Shown: positions 39,901 through 54,600 of the stretch, one piece after another
Numbering within the stretch: position 1 is the first letter of the stretch
Layout: every line of letters starts with the position of its first letter
Source of the DNA: Eledone cirrhosa
Lineage: Eukaryota
Assembly (NCBI GenBank): GCA_964016885.1
Contig: OZ024743.1
Location: 206,708,001 to 206,772,000 of the forward strand
Reading direction: 5' to 3'
DNA length: 64,000 nt
Notes under the pieces: generated by a model
What the model was told of the DNA's origin: nothing
Databases searched by the model: none
What the model saw: the letters and a program-made list of their open reading frames with translations, nothing else
Translations under genes and position numbers: made by a program

Positions 39901-42900
39901 TATGGTTTTGATACAGTGGTCTTAGAGTAGTTATGACTATGCTGTTGATACAGTGGGCTTACAGTAGTTGTGACTGTGGTGTTGATACAGTGTTCTTACG
40001 GTAGTTGTGACTGTGGTGTTGATACAGTGGTCTTATAGTAGTTATGACAATGGTGTTGATACAGTGGTCTTACAGTAGTTGTGACTATGGTGTTGATACA
40101 GTGGTCTTATGACTATGGTGTTGATACAGTGGTCTTATTCTAGTTATGACTATGGTGTTGATACAGTGGTTTTACAGTAGTTGTGACTATGGTTTTGATA
40201 CGGTGGTCTTAGAGTAGTTATGACTATGCTGTTGATACAGTGGGCTTACAGTAGTTGTGACTGTGGTGTTGATACAGTGGTCTTAGAGTAGTTGTGACTG
40301 TGTTTTTGATACAGTGGTCTTACAGTAGTTGTGACTATGGTGTTGATACAGTGGTCTTCTGACTATGGTGTTGATACAGAGGTCTTACGGTAGTTATGAC
40401 TATGGTGTTTATACAGTGGTCTTACAGTAGTTGTGACTATGGTGTTGATACAGTGGTATTACAGACGTTGTGACTATGGTGTTGATGCAGTGGTCTTACA
40501 GTAGTTGTGACTATGGTGTTGATACAGTGGTCTTCTGACTATGGTGTTGATACAGAGGTCTTACGGTAGTTATGACTATGGTGTTTATACAGTGGTCTTA
40601 CAGTAGTTGTGACTATGGTGTTGATACAGTGGTCTTACAGACGTTGTGACTGTGGTGGTGATACAGTGGTCTTACAGTAGTTGTGACTACGGTGTTGAAT
40701 CAGTGGTCTTGCAGTAGTTGTGGCTCTGGTGTTGATACAGTGATCTTACAGTAGTTGTGGCTGTGGTGTTGATACAGTGGTCTTACAGTAGTTGTGGCTG
40801 TGGTGTTGATACAGTGATCTTACAGTAGTTGTGACTGTGATGTTGATACAATGGTGTTACAGTAGTTATAACTGTGGTGTTGATACAGTGTTCTTACAGT
40901 AGTTGTGACTATGGTGTAGATACAGTTGTCTTACAGTAGTTGTGACTATGGTGTTGATACAGTGGTCTTATGACTATGGTGTTGATACAGTGGTCTTACA
41001 GTAGTTGTGACTATGGTGTTGATAAAGTGGTCTTACTGTAGTTGTGACTGTGGTGTTCATACAGTGGTCTTACTATAATTGTGACTATGGTGTTCATACA
41101 GTGGTCTTACAGTAGTTATGACTATGGTGTTGATACAGTGGTCTTACAGTAGTTGTCACTATGGTGTTGATACAGTGGTCTTACAGTAGTTATGACTGTG
41201 GTGTTGATACAGTGTTCTTACAGTTATTGTGACTATGGTGTTGATACAGTGGTCTTACATTAGTTATGACTATGGTGATGATACAGTGGTCTTACGGTAG
41301 TTATGACTATGGTGTTCATACTGTGGTCTTACAGTAGTTGTGACTATGGTGTTTATACAGTGGTCTTACTGTAGTTGTGACTGTGGTGTTGATACAGTGG
41401 TCTTACAGTAGTTGTGACTATGGTGTTGATACAGTAGTATTACAGTAGTTGTGATTATGGTGTTGATACAGTGGTCTTATGACTATGGTGTTGATACAGT
41501 GGTCTTACAGTAGTTATGACTATGGTGTTGATACAGTGGTCTTAAAGTAGTTGTGACTATGGTGTTGATACTGTGGTCTTATGACTATGGTGTTGATACA
41601 GTGGTCTTATGACTATGGTGTTGATACAGTGGTCTTATTCTAGTTATGACTATGGTGTTGATACAGTGGACTTACAGTAGTTGTGACTATGGTTTTGATA
41701 CGGTGGTCTTAGAGTAGTTATGACTATGCTGTTGATACAGTGGGCTTACAGTAGTTGTGACTGTGGTGTTGATACAGTGTTCTCACGGTAGTTGTGACTG
41801 TGGTGTTGATACAGTGTTCTTACAGTTATTGTGACTATTGTGTTGATACAGTTGTCTTACAGTAGTTGTGACAATGGTAATGATACAGTGGTCTTACATT
41901 ACTTATGACTATGGTGTTGATACAGTGGTCTTACGGTAGTTATGACTATGGTGTTCATACAGTGGTCTTACAGTAGTTGTGACTATGGGGTTGATACAGT
42001 GGTCTTACTGTAGTTGTGACTGTGGTGTTGATACAGTGGTCTTACAATAGTTGTGACTATGGTCTTGATACAGTGGTCTTACAGTAGTTATGACTATGGT
42101 GTTGATACAGTGGTCTTACAGTAGTTGTGACTATGGTGTTGATACAGTGGTCTTATGACTATGGTGTTGATACAGTGGTCATACGGTAGTTATGACTATG
42201 GTGTTGATACAGTGATCTTACAGTAGTTGTGACCGCGGTGATGACACAGTGGTTTTACAGTAGTTGTGACTATGGTGGTGATACAGTGGTCTTACAGTAG
42301 TTGTGACTATGGTGTTGATACAGTGGTCTTAAAGTAGTTATGACTATGGTGTTGATACGGCGGTCTTACAGTAGTTGTGACTATGGTGTTGATACAGTGG
42401 TCTTATGACTATGGTGTTGATACAGTGGTCTTACGGTAGTTATGACTATGGTGTTGATACAGTGGTCTTACAGTAGTTGTGACTATGGTTTTGATACGGT
42501 GGTCTTAGAGTAGTTATGACTATGCTGTTGATACAGTGGGCTTACAGTAGTTGTGACTGTGGTGTTGATACAGTGGTCTTAGAGTAGTTGTGACTGTGTT
42601 GTTGATACAGTGGTCTTACAGTAGTTGTGACTATGGCTTTTATACAGTGGTCTTACAGTAGTTGTGACTATGGTGTTGCTACAGTGGTATTACAGTAGTT
42701 GTGACTATGGTGTTGATACAGTGGTCTTATGACTATGGTGTTGATACAGTGGCCTTACAGTAGTTATGACTATGGTGTTGATACAGTTGTCTTAAAGTAG
42801 TTGTGACTATGGTGTTGATACAGTGGTCTTATGATTATGGTGTTGATACAGTGGTCTTATTCTAGTTATGACTATGGTGTTGATACAGTGGTCTTACATT

Positions 42901-43699
42901 AGTTGTGACTATGGTTTTGATACAGTGGTCTTAGAGTAGTTATGACTATGCTGTTGATACAGTGGGCTTACAGTAGTTGTGACTGTGGTGTTGATACAGT
43001 GTTCTTACGGTAGTTGTGACTGTGGTGTTGATACAGTGGTCTTACAGTAGTTATGACAATGGTGTTGATACAGTGGTCTTACAGTAGTTGTGACTATGGT
43101 GTTGATACAGTGGTCTTATGACTATGGTGTTGATACAGTGGTCTTATTCTAGTTATGACTATGGTGTTGATACAGTGGTCTTACAGTAGTTGTGACTATG
43201 GTTTTGATACGGTGGTCTTAGAGTAGTTATGACTATGCTGTTGATACAGTGGGCTTACAGTAGTTGTGACTGTGGTGTTGATACAGTGTTCTTACGGTAG
43301 TTGTGACTGTGGTGTTGATACGGTGTTCTTACAGTTATTGTGACTATTGTGTTGATACAGTGGTCTTATGACTATGGTGTTGATACAGTGGTCATACGGT
43401 AGTTATGACTATGGTGTTGATACAGTGATCTTACAGTAGTTGTGACCGCGGTGCTGACACAGTGGTTTTACAGTAGTTGTGACTATGGTGGTGATACAGT
43501 GGTCTTACAGTAGTTGTGACTATGGTGTTGATACAGTGGTCTTAAAGTAGTTATGACTATGGTGTTGATACGGCGGTCTTACAGTAGTTGTGACTATGGT
43601 GTTGATACAGTGGTCTTATGACTATGGTGTTGATACAGTGGTCTTACGGTAGTTATGACTATGGTGTTGATACAGAGGTCTTACAGTAGTTGTGACTAT

Positions 43700-46600
43700 G
43701 GTGTTGATACAGTGGTCTTATGACTATGGTGTTGATACAGTGGTCTTATTCTAGTTATGACTATGGTGTTGATACAGTGGTCTTACAGTAGTTGTGACTA
43801 TGGTTTTGATACGGTGGTCTTAGAGTAGTTATGACTATGCTGTTGATACAGTGGGCTTACAGTAGTTGTGACTCTGGTGTTGATACAGTGGTCTTAGAGT
43901 AGTTGTGACTGTGTTTTTGATACAGTGGTCTTACAGTAGTTGTGACTATGGTGTTGATACAGTGGTCTTCTGACTATGGTGTTGATACAGAGGTCTTACG
44001 GTAGTTATGACTATGGTGTTTATACAGTGGTCTTACAGTAGTTGTGACTATGGTGTTGATACAGAGGTATTACAGACGTTGTGACTATGGTGTTGATGCA
44101 GTGGTCTTACAGTAGTTGTGACTATGGTGTTGATACAGTAGGCTTACAGTAGTTGTGAATTTTGTGTTGATACAGTGGTCTTACAGACGTTGTGACTGTG
44201 GTGTTGATACAGTGGTCTTACAGTAGTTGTGACTACGGTGTTGAATCAGTGGTCTTGCAGTAGTTGTGGCTCTGGTGTTGATACAGTGGTCTTACAGTAG
44301 TTGTGGCTGTGGTGTTGATACAGTGGTATTACAGTAGTTGTGGCTGTGGTGTTGATACAGTGATCTTACAGTAGTTGTGACTGTGATGTTGATACAATGG
44401 TGTTACAGTAGTTATAACTGTGGTGTTGATACAGTGTTCTTACAGTAGTTGTGACTATGGTGTAGATACAGTTGTCTTACAGTAGTTGTGACTATGGTGT
44501 TGATACAGTGGTCTTATGACTATGGTGTTGATACAGTGGTCTTACAGTAGTTGTGACTATGGTGTTGATAAAGTGGTCTTACTGTAGTTGTGACTGTGGT
44601 GTTCATACAGTGGTCTTACAATAATTGTGACTATGGTGTTCATACAGTGGTCTTACAGTAGTTATGACTATGGTGTTGATACAGTGGTCTTACAGTAGTT
44701 GTCACTATGGTGTTGATACAGTGGTCTTACAGTAGTTATGACTGTGGTGTTGATACAGTGTTCTTACAGTTATTGTGACTATGGTGTTGATACAGTGGTC
44801 TTACATTAGTTATGACTATGGTGATGATACAGTGGTCTTACGGTAGTTATGACTATGGTGTTCATACTGTGGTCTTACAGTAGTTGTGACTATGGTGTTT
44901 ATACAGTGGTCTTACTGTAGTTGTGACTGTGGTGTTGATACAGTGGTCTTACAGTAGTTGTGACTATGGTGTTGATACAGTAGTATTAAAGTAGTTGTGA
45001 TTATGGTGTTGATACAGTGGTCTTATGACTATGGTGTTGATACAGTGGTCTTACAGTAGTTATGACTATGGTGTTGATACAGTGGTCTTAAAGTAGTTGT
45101 GAATATGGTGTTGATACAGTGGTCTTATGACTATGGTGTTGATACAGTGGTCTTATTCTAGTTATGACTATGGTGTTGATACAGTGGACTTACAGTAGTT
45201 GTGACTATGGTTTTGATACGGTGGTCTTAGAGTAGTTATGACTATGCTGTTGATACAGTGGGCTTACAGTAGTTGTGACTGTGGTGTTGATACAGTGTTC
45301 TTACGGTAGTTGTGACTGTGGTGTTGATACGGTGTTCTTACAGTTATTGTGACTATTGTGTTGATACAGTGGTCTTATGACTATGGTGTTGATACAGTGG
45401 TCATACGGTAGTTATGACTATGGTGTTGATACAGTGATCTTACAGTAGTTGTGACCGCGGTGCTGACACAGTGGTTTTACAGTAGTTGTGACTATGGTGG
45501 TGATACAGTGGTCTTACAGTAGTTGTGACTATGGTGTTGATACAGTGGTCTTAAAGTAGTTATGACTATGGTGTTGATACGGCGGTCTTACAGTAGTTGT
45601 GACTATGGTGTTGATACAGTGGTCTTATGACTATGGTGTTGATACAGTGGTCTTACGGTAGTTATGACTATGGTGTTGATACAGTCGTCTTACAGTAGTT
45701 GTGACTATGGTTTTGATACGGTGGTCTTAGAGTAGTTATGACTATGCTGTTGATACAGTGGGCTTACAGTAGTTGCGACTGTGGTGTTGAAACAGTGGTC
45801 TTAGAGTAGTTGTGACTGTGTTGTTGTTACAGTGGTCTTACAGTAGTTGTGACTATGGCTTTTATACAGTGGTCTTACAGTAGTTGTGACTATGGTGTTG
45901 CTACAGTGGTATAAGAGACGTTGTGACAATGGTGTTGATACAGTGGTCTTACAGTACTTGTGACTATGGTGTTGATACAGTGGTCTTACAGACGTTGTGA
46001 CTGTGGTGTTGATACAGTGGTCTTACATTAGTTGTGACTACGGTGTTGAATCAGTTGTCTTACAGTAGTTGTGATTATGGTGTTGATACAGTGGTCTTAC
46101 AGTTGTGGCTGTGGTGTTGATACAGTGGTCTTACAGTAGTTGTGGCTGTGGTGTTGATATAGTGATCTTACAGTAGTTGTGACTGTGATGTTGATACAGT
46201 GGTCTTACAGTAGTTATAACTGTGGGATTGATACAGTGTTCTTACAGTAGTTGTGACTATGGTGTAGATACAGTGGTCTTACAGTAGTTGTGACTATGGT
46301 GTTGATACAGTGGTCTTACAGTAGTTGTGTCTATGTTGTTGATACAGTGGTCTTATGACTATGGTGTTGATACAGTGGTCTTTCGGTAGTTATGACTATG
46401 GTGTTGATACAGTGGTCTTACAGTAGTTGTGACTATGGTGTTGATACAGTGGTCTTACAGTAGTTGTGCCTATGGTGTTGATACAGTGGTCTTATGACTA
46501 TGTTGTTGATACAGTGGTCTTACAGTAGTTGTGCCTATGGTGTTGATACAGTGGTCTTATGACTATGGTGTTGATACAGTGGTCTTACGGTAGTTATGAC

Positions 46601-49600
46601 TATGGTGTTGATACAGTGGTCTTACAGTAGTTGTGACTATGGTTTTGATACGGTGGTCTTAGAGTAGTTATGACTATGCTGTTGATACAGTGGGCTTACA
46701 GTAGTTGTGACTGTGGTGTTGATACAGTGGTCTTAGAGTAGTTGTGACTGTGTTGTTGATACAGTGGTCTTACAGTAGTTGTGACTATGGCTTTTATACA
46801 GTGGTCTTACAGTAGTTGTGAGTGACTATGGTGTTGCTACAGTGGTATTACAGTAGTTGTGACTATGGTGTTGATACAGTGGTCTTATGACTATGGTGTT
46901 GATACAGTGGCCTTACAGTAGTTATGACTATGGTGTTGATACAGTTGTCTTAAAGTAGTTGTGACTATGGTGTTGATACAGTGGTCTTATTCTAGTTATG
47001 ACTATGGTGTTGATACAGTGGTCTTACATTAGTTGTGACTATGGTTTTGATACAGTGGTCTTAGAGTAGTTATGACTATGCTGTTGATACAGTGGGCTTA
47101 CAGTAGTTGTGACTGTGGTGTTGATACAGTGTTCTTACGGTAGTTGTGACTGTGGTGTTGATACAGTGGTATTACAGTAGTTGTGACTATGGTGTTGATA
47201 CAGTGGTCTTATGACTATGGTGTTGATACAGTGGCCTTACAGTAGTTATGACTATGGTGTTGATACAGTTGTCTTAAAGTAGTTGTGACTATGGTGTTGA
47301 TACAGTGGTCTTATGACTATGGTGTTGATACAGTGGTCTTATTCTAGTTATGACTATGGTGTTGATACAGTGGTTTTACATTAGTTGTGACTATGGTTTT
47401 GATACAGTGGTCTTAGAGTAGTTATGACTATGCTGTTGATACAGTGGGCTTACAGTAGTTGTGACTGTGGTGTTGATTCAGTGTTCTTACGGTAGTTGTG
47501 ACTGTGGTGTTGATACAGTGGTCTTACAGTAGTTATGACAATGGTGTTGATACAGTGGTCTTACAGTAGTTGTGACTATGGTGTTGATACAGTGGTCTTA
47601 TGAATATGGTGTTGATACAGTGGTCTTATTCTAGTTATGACTATGGTGTTGATACAGTGGTCTTACAGTAGTTGTGACTATGGTTTTGATACGGTGGTCT
47701 TAGAGTAGTTATGACTATGCTGTTGATACAGTGGGCTTACAGCAGTTGTGACTGTGGTGTTGATACAGTGGTCTTAGAGTAGTTGTGACTGTGTTTTTGA
47801 TACAGTGGTCTTACAGTAGTTGTGACTATGGTGTTGATACAGTGGTCTTCTGACTATGGTGTTGATACAGAGGTCTTACGGTAGTTATGACTATGGTGTT
47901 TATACAGTGGTCTTACAGTAGTTGTGACTATGGTGTTGATACAGAGGTATTACAGACGTTGTGACTATGGTGTTGATGCAGTGGTCTTACAGTAGTTGTG
48001 ACTATGGTGTTGATACAGTAGGCTTACAGTAGTTGTGAATTTTGTGTTGATACAGTGGTCTTACAGACGTTGTGACTGTCGTGTTGATACAGTGGTCTTA
48101 CAGTAGTTGTGACTACAGTGTTGAATCAGTGGTCTTGCAGTAGTTGTGGCTCTGGTTTTGATACAGTGGTCTTACAGTAGTTGTGGCTGGGGTGTTGATA
48201 CAGTGATCTTACAGTAGTTGTGACTGTGATGTTGATACAATGGTGTTACAGTAGTTATAACTGTGGTGTTGATACAGTGTTCTTACAGTAGTTGTGACTA
48301 TGGTGTAGATACAGTTGTCTTACAGTAGTTGTGACTATGGTGTTGATACAGTGGTCTTATGACTATGGTGTTGATACAGTGGTCTTACAGTAGTTGTGAC
48401 TATGGTGTTGATAAAGTGGTCTTACTGTAGTTGTGACTGTGGTGTTCATACAGTGGTCTTACAATAATTGTGACTATGGTGTTCATACAGTGGTCTTACA
48501 GTAGTTATGACTATGGTGTTGATACAGTGGTCTTACAGTAGTTGTCACTATGGTGTTGATACAGTGGTCTTACAGTAGTTATGACTGTGGGGTTGATACA
48601 GTGTTCCTACAGTTATTGTGACTATGGTGTTGATACAGTGGTCTTACATTAGTTATGACTATGGTGATGTAACAGTGGTCTTACGGTAGTTATGACTATG
48701 GTGTTCATACTGTGGTCTTACAGTAGTTGTGACTATGGTGTTTATACAGTGGTCTTACTGTAGTTGTGACTGTGGTGTTGATACAGTGGTCTTACAGTTG
48801 TTGTGACTATGGTGTTGATACAGTAGTATTACAGTAGTTGTGATTATGGTGTTGATACAGTGGTCTTATGACTATGGTGTTGATACAGTGGTCTTACAGT
48901 AGTTATGACTATGGTGTTGATACAGTGGTCTTAAAGTAGTTGTGACTATGGTGTTGATACAGTGGTCTTATGACTATGGTGTTGATACAGTGGTCTTATT
49001 CTAGTTATGACTATGGTGTTGATACAGTGGACTTACAGTAGTTGTGACTATGGTTTTGATACGGTGGTCTTAGAGTAGTTATGACTATGCTGTTGATACA
49101 GTGGGCTTACAGTAGTTGTGACTGTGGTGTTGATACAGTGTTCTTACGGTAGTTGTGACTGTGGTGTTGATACGGTGTTCTTACAGTTATTGTGACTATT
49201 GTGTTGATACAGTTGTCTTACAGTAGTTGTGACTATGGTGTTGATACAGTGGTCTTACATTACTTATGACTATGGTGTTGATACAGTGGTCTTACGGTAG
49301 TTATGACTATGGTGTTCATACAGTGGTCTTACAGTAGTTTTGACTATGGGGTTGATACAGTGGTCTTACTGTAGTTGTGACTGTGGTGTTGATACAGTGG
49401 TCTTACAATAGTTGTGACTATGGTCTTGATACAGTGGTCTTACAGTAGTTATGACTATGGTGTTGATACAGTGGTCTTACAGTAGTTGTGACTATGGTGT
49501 TGATACAGTGGTCTTATGACTATGGTGTTGATACAGTGGTCATACGGTAGTTATGACTATGGTGTTGATACAGTGATCTTACAGTAGTTGTGACCGCGGT

Positions 49601-51600
49601 GCTGACACAGTGGTTTTACAGTAGTTGTGACTATGGTGGTGATACAGTGGTCTTACAGTAGTTGTGACTATGGTGTTGATACAGTGGTCTTAAAGTAGTT
49701 ATGACTATGGTGTTGATACGGCGGTCTTACAGTAGTTGTGACTATGGTGTTGATACAGTGGTCTTATGACTATGGTGTTGATACAGTGGTCTTACGGTAG
49801 TTATGACTATGGTGTTGATACAGTGGTCTTACAGTAGTTGTGACTATGGTTTTGTTACGGTGGTCTTAGAGTAGTTATGACTATGCTGTTGATACAGTGG
49901 GCTTACAGTAGTTGTGACTGTGGTGTTGAAACAGTGGTCTTAGAGTAGTTGTGACTGTGTTGTTGTTACAGTGGTCTTACAGTCGTTGTGACTATGGCTT
50001 TTATACAGTGGTCTTACAGTAGTTGTGACTATGGTGTTGCTACAGTGGTATTAGAGACGTTGTGACAATGGTGTTGATACAGTGGTCTTACAGTACTTGT
50101 GACTATGGTGTTGATACAGTGGTTTTACAGACGTTGTGACTGTGGTGTTGATACAGTGGTCTTACATTAGTTGTGACTACGGTGTTGAATCAGTTGTCTT
50201 ACAGTAGTTGTGATTATGGTGTTGATACAGTGGTCTTACAGTTGTGGCTGTGGTGTTGATACAGTGGTCTTACAGTAGTTGTGGCTGTGGTGTTGATATA
50301 GTGATCTTACAGTAGTTGTGACTGTGATGTTGATACAGTGGTCTTACAGTAGTTATAACTGTGGGATTGATACAGTGTTCTTACAGTAGTTGTGACTATG
50401 GTGTAGATACAGTGGTCTTACAGTAGTTGTGACTATGGTGTTGATACAGTGGTCTTACAGTAGTTGTGTCTATGTTGTTGATACAGTGGTCTTATGACTA
50501 TGGTGTTGATACAGTGGTCTTTCGGTAGTTATGACTATGGTGTTGATACAGTGGTCTTACAGTAGTTGTGACTATGGTGTTGATACAGTGGTCTTACAGT
50601 AGTTGTGCCTATGGTGTTGATACAGTGGTCTTATGACTATGTTGTTGATACAGTGGTCTTACAGTAGTTGTGCCTATGGTGTTGATACAGTGGTCTTATG
50701 ACTATGGTGTTGATACAGTGGTCTTACGGTAGTTATGACTATGGTGTTGATACAGTGGTCTTACAGTAGTTGTGACTATGGTTTTGATACGGTGGTCTTA
50801 GAGTAGTTATGACTATGCTGTTGATACAGTGGGCTTACAGTAGTTGTGACTGTGGTGTTGATACAGTGGTCTTAGAGTAGTTGTGACTGTGTTGTTGATA
50901 CAGTGGTCTTACAGTAGTTGTGACTATGGCTTTTATACAGTGGTCTTACAGTAGTTGTGACTATGGTGTTGCTACAGTGGTATTACAGTAGTTGTGACTA
51001 TGGTGTTGATACAGTGGTCTTATGACTATGGTGTTGATACAGTGGCCTTACAGTAGTTATGACTATGGTGTTGATACAGTTGTCTTAAAGTAGTTGTGAC
51101 TATGGTGTTGATACAGTGGTCTTATTCTAGTTATGACTATGGTGTTGATACAGTGGTCTTACATTAGTTGTGACTATGGTTTTGATACAGTGGTCTTAGA
51201 GTAGTTATGACTATGCTGTTGATACAGTGGGCTTACAGTAGTTGTGACTGTGGTGTTGATACAGTGTTCTTACGGTAGTTGTGACTGTGGTGTTGATACA
51301 GTGGTCTTACAGTAGTTATGACAATGGTGTTGATAGAGTGGTCTTACAGTAGTTGTGACTATGGTGTTGATACAGTGGTCTTATGACTATGGTGTTGATA
51401 CAGTGGTCTTATTCTAGTTATGACTATGGTGTTGATACATTGGTCTTACAGTAGTTGTGACTATGGTTTTGATACGGTGGTCTTAGAGTAGTTATGACTA
51501 TGTTGTTGATACAGTGGGCTTACAGTAGTTGTGACTGTGGTGTTGTTACAGTGGTCTTAGAGTAGTTGTGACTGTGTTTTTGATACAGTGGTCTTACAGT
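43700..51600 (+). repeat. Right-domain HOR copies of about 3.8-4.1 kb
   Basis: CCGCGG marker at 45455, 49594, 53377 (spacings 4139, 3783). The 34-bp monomer context matches at 46082/50221 (4139). Confidence 0.75.
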
Positions 51601-54600
51601 AGTTGTGACTATGGTGTTGATACAGTGGTCTTCTGACTATGGTGTTGATACAGAGGTCTTACGGTAGTTATGACTATGGTGTTTATACAGTGGTCTTACA
51701 GTAGTTGTGACTATGGTGTTGATACAGTGGTATTACAGACGTTGTGACTATGGTGTTGATGCAGTGGTCTTACAGTAGTTGTGACTATGGTGTTGATACA
51801 GTAGGCTTACAGTAGTTGTGAATTTTGTGTTGATACAGTGGTCTTACAGACGTTGTGACTGTGGTGTTGATACAGTGGTCTTACATTAGTTGTGACTACG
51901 GTGTTGAATCAGTGGTCTTGCAGTAGTTGTGGCTCTGGTGTTGATACAGTGGTCTTACAGTAGTTGTGGCTGTGGTGTTGATACAGTGGTCTTACAGTAG
52001 TTGTGGCTGTGGTGTTGATACAGTGATCTTACAGTAGTTGTGACTGTGATGTTGATACAATGGTGTTACAGTAGTTATAACTGTGGTGTTGATACAGTGT
52101 TCTTACAGTAGTTGTGACTATGGTGTAGATACAGTTGTCTTACAGTAGTTGTGACTATGGTGTTGATACAGTGGTCTTATGACTATGGTGTTGATACAGT
52201 GGTCTTACAGTAGTTGTGACTATGGTGTTGATAAAGTGGTCTTACTGTAGTTGTGACTGTGGTGTTCATATAGTGGTCTTACAATAATTGTGACTATGGT
52301 GTTCATACAGTGGTCTTACAGTAGTTATGACTATGGTGTTGATACAGTGGTCTTACAGTAGTTGTCACTATGGTGTTGATACAGTGGTCTTACAGTAGTT
52401 ATGACTGTGGTGTTGATACAGTGTTCTTACAGTTATTGTGACTATGGTGTTGATACAGTGGTCTTACATTAGTTATGACTATGGTGATGATACAGTGGTC
52501 TTACGGTAGTTATGACTATGGTGTTCATACTGTGGTCTTACAGTAGTTGTGACTATGGTGTTTATACAGTGGTCTTACTGTAGTTGTGACTGTGGTGTTG
52601 ATACAGTGGTCTTACAGTAGTTGTGACTATGGTGTTGATACAGTAGTATTACAGTAGTTGTGATTATGGTGTTGATACAGTGGTGTTATGACTATGGTGT
52701 TGATACAGTGGTCTTACAGTAGTTATGACTATGGTGTTGATACAGTGGTCTTAAAGTAGTTGTGACTATGGTGTTGATACAGTGGTCTTATGACTATGGT
52801 GTTGATACAGTGGTCTTATTCTAGTTATGACTATGGTGTTGATACAGTGGACTTACAGTAGTTGTGACTATGGTTTTGATACGGTGGTCTTAGAGTAGTT
52901 ATGACTATGCTGTTGATACAGTGGGCTTACAGTAGTTGTGACTGTGGTGTTGATACAGTGTTCTTACGGTAGTTGTGACTGTGGTGTTGATACAGTGTTC
53001 TTACAGTTATTGTGACTATTGTGTTGATACGGTTGTCTTACAGTAGTTGTGACTATGGTGTTGATACAGTGGTCTTACATTACTTATGACTATGGTGTTG
53101 ATACAGTGGTCTTACGGTAGTTATGACTATGGTGTTCATACAGTGGTCTTACAGTAGTTGTGACTATGGGGTTGATACAGTGGTCTTACTGTAGTTGTGA
53201 CTGTGGTGTTGATACAGTGGTCTTACAATAGTTGTGACTATGGTCTTGATACAGTGGTCTTACAGTAGTTTTGACTATGGTGTTGATACAGTGGTCTTAT
53301 GACTATGGTGTTGATACTGTGGTCATACGGTAGTTATGACTATGGTGTTGATACAGTGATCTTACAGTAGTTGTGACCGCGGTGCTGACACAGTGGTTTT
53401 ACAGTAGTTGTGACTATGGTGGTGATAGAGTGGTCTTACAGTAGTTGTGACTATGGTGTTGATACAGTGGTCTTAAAGTAGTTATGACTATGGTGTTGAT
53501 ACGGCGGTCTTACAGTAGTTGTGACTATGGTGTTGATACAGTGGTCTTATGACTATGGTGTTGATACAGTGGTCTTACGGTAGTTATGACTATGGTGTTG
53601 ATACAGTGGTCTTACAGTAGTTGTGACTATGGTTTTGATACGGTGGTCTTAGAGTAGTTATGACTATGCTGTTGATACAGTGGGCTTACAGTAGTTGTGA
53701 CTGTGGTGTTGATACAGTGGTCTTAGAGTAGTTGTGACTGTGTTGTTGATACAGTGGTCTTACAGTAGTTGTGACTATGGCTTTTATACAGTGGTCTTAC
53801 AGTAGTTGTGACTATGGTGTTGCTACAGTTGTATTAGAGACGTTGTGACAATGGTGTTGATACAGTGGTCTTACAGTACTTGTGACTATGGTGTTGATAC
53901 AGTGGTCTTACAGACGTTGTGACTGTGGTGTTGATACAGTGGTCTTACATTAGTTGTGACTACGGTGTTGAATCAGTTGTCTTACAGTAGTTGTGATTAT
54001 GGTGTTGATACAGTGGTCTTACAGTTGTGGCTGTGGTGTTGATACAGTGGTCTTACAGTAGTTGTGGCTGTGGTGTTGATATAGTGATCTTACAGTAGTT
54101 GTGACTGTGATGTTGATACAGTGGTCTTACAGTATTTATAACTGTGGGATTGATACAGTGTTCTTACAGTAGTTGTGACTATGGTGTAGATACAGTGGTC
54201 TTACAGTAGTTGTGACTATGGTGTTGATACAGTGGTCTTACAGTAGTTGTGTCTATGTTGTTGATACAGTGGTCTTATGACTATGGTGTTGATACAGTGG
54301 TCTTTCGGTAGTTATGACTATGGTGTTGATACAGTGGTCTTACAGTAGTTGTGACTATGGTGTTGATACAGTGGTCTTCTGACTATGGTGTTGATACAGA
54401 GGTCTTACGGTAGTTATGACTATGGTGTTTATACAGTGGTCTTATGGTAGTTGTGACTATGGTGTTGATACAGTGGTATTACAGACGTTGTGACTATGGT
54501 GTTGATGCAGTGGTCTTACAGTAGTTGTGACTATGGTGTTGATACAGTAGGCTTACAGTAGTTGTGAATTTTGTGTTGATACAGTGGTCTTACAGACGTT

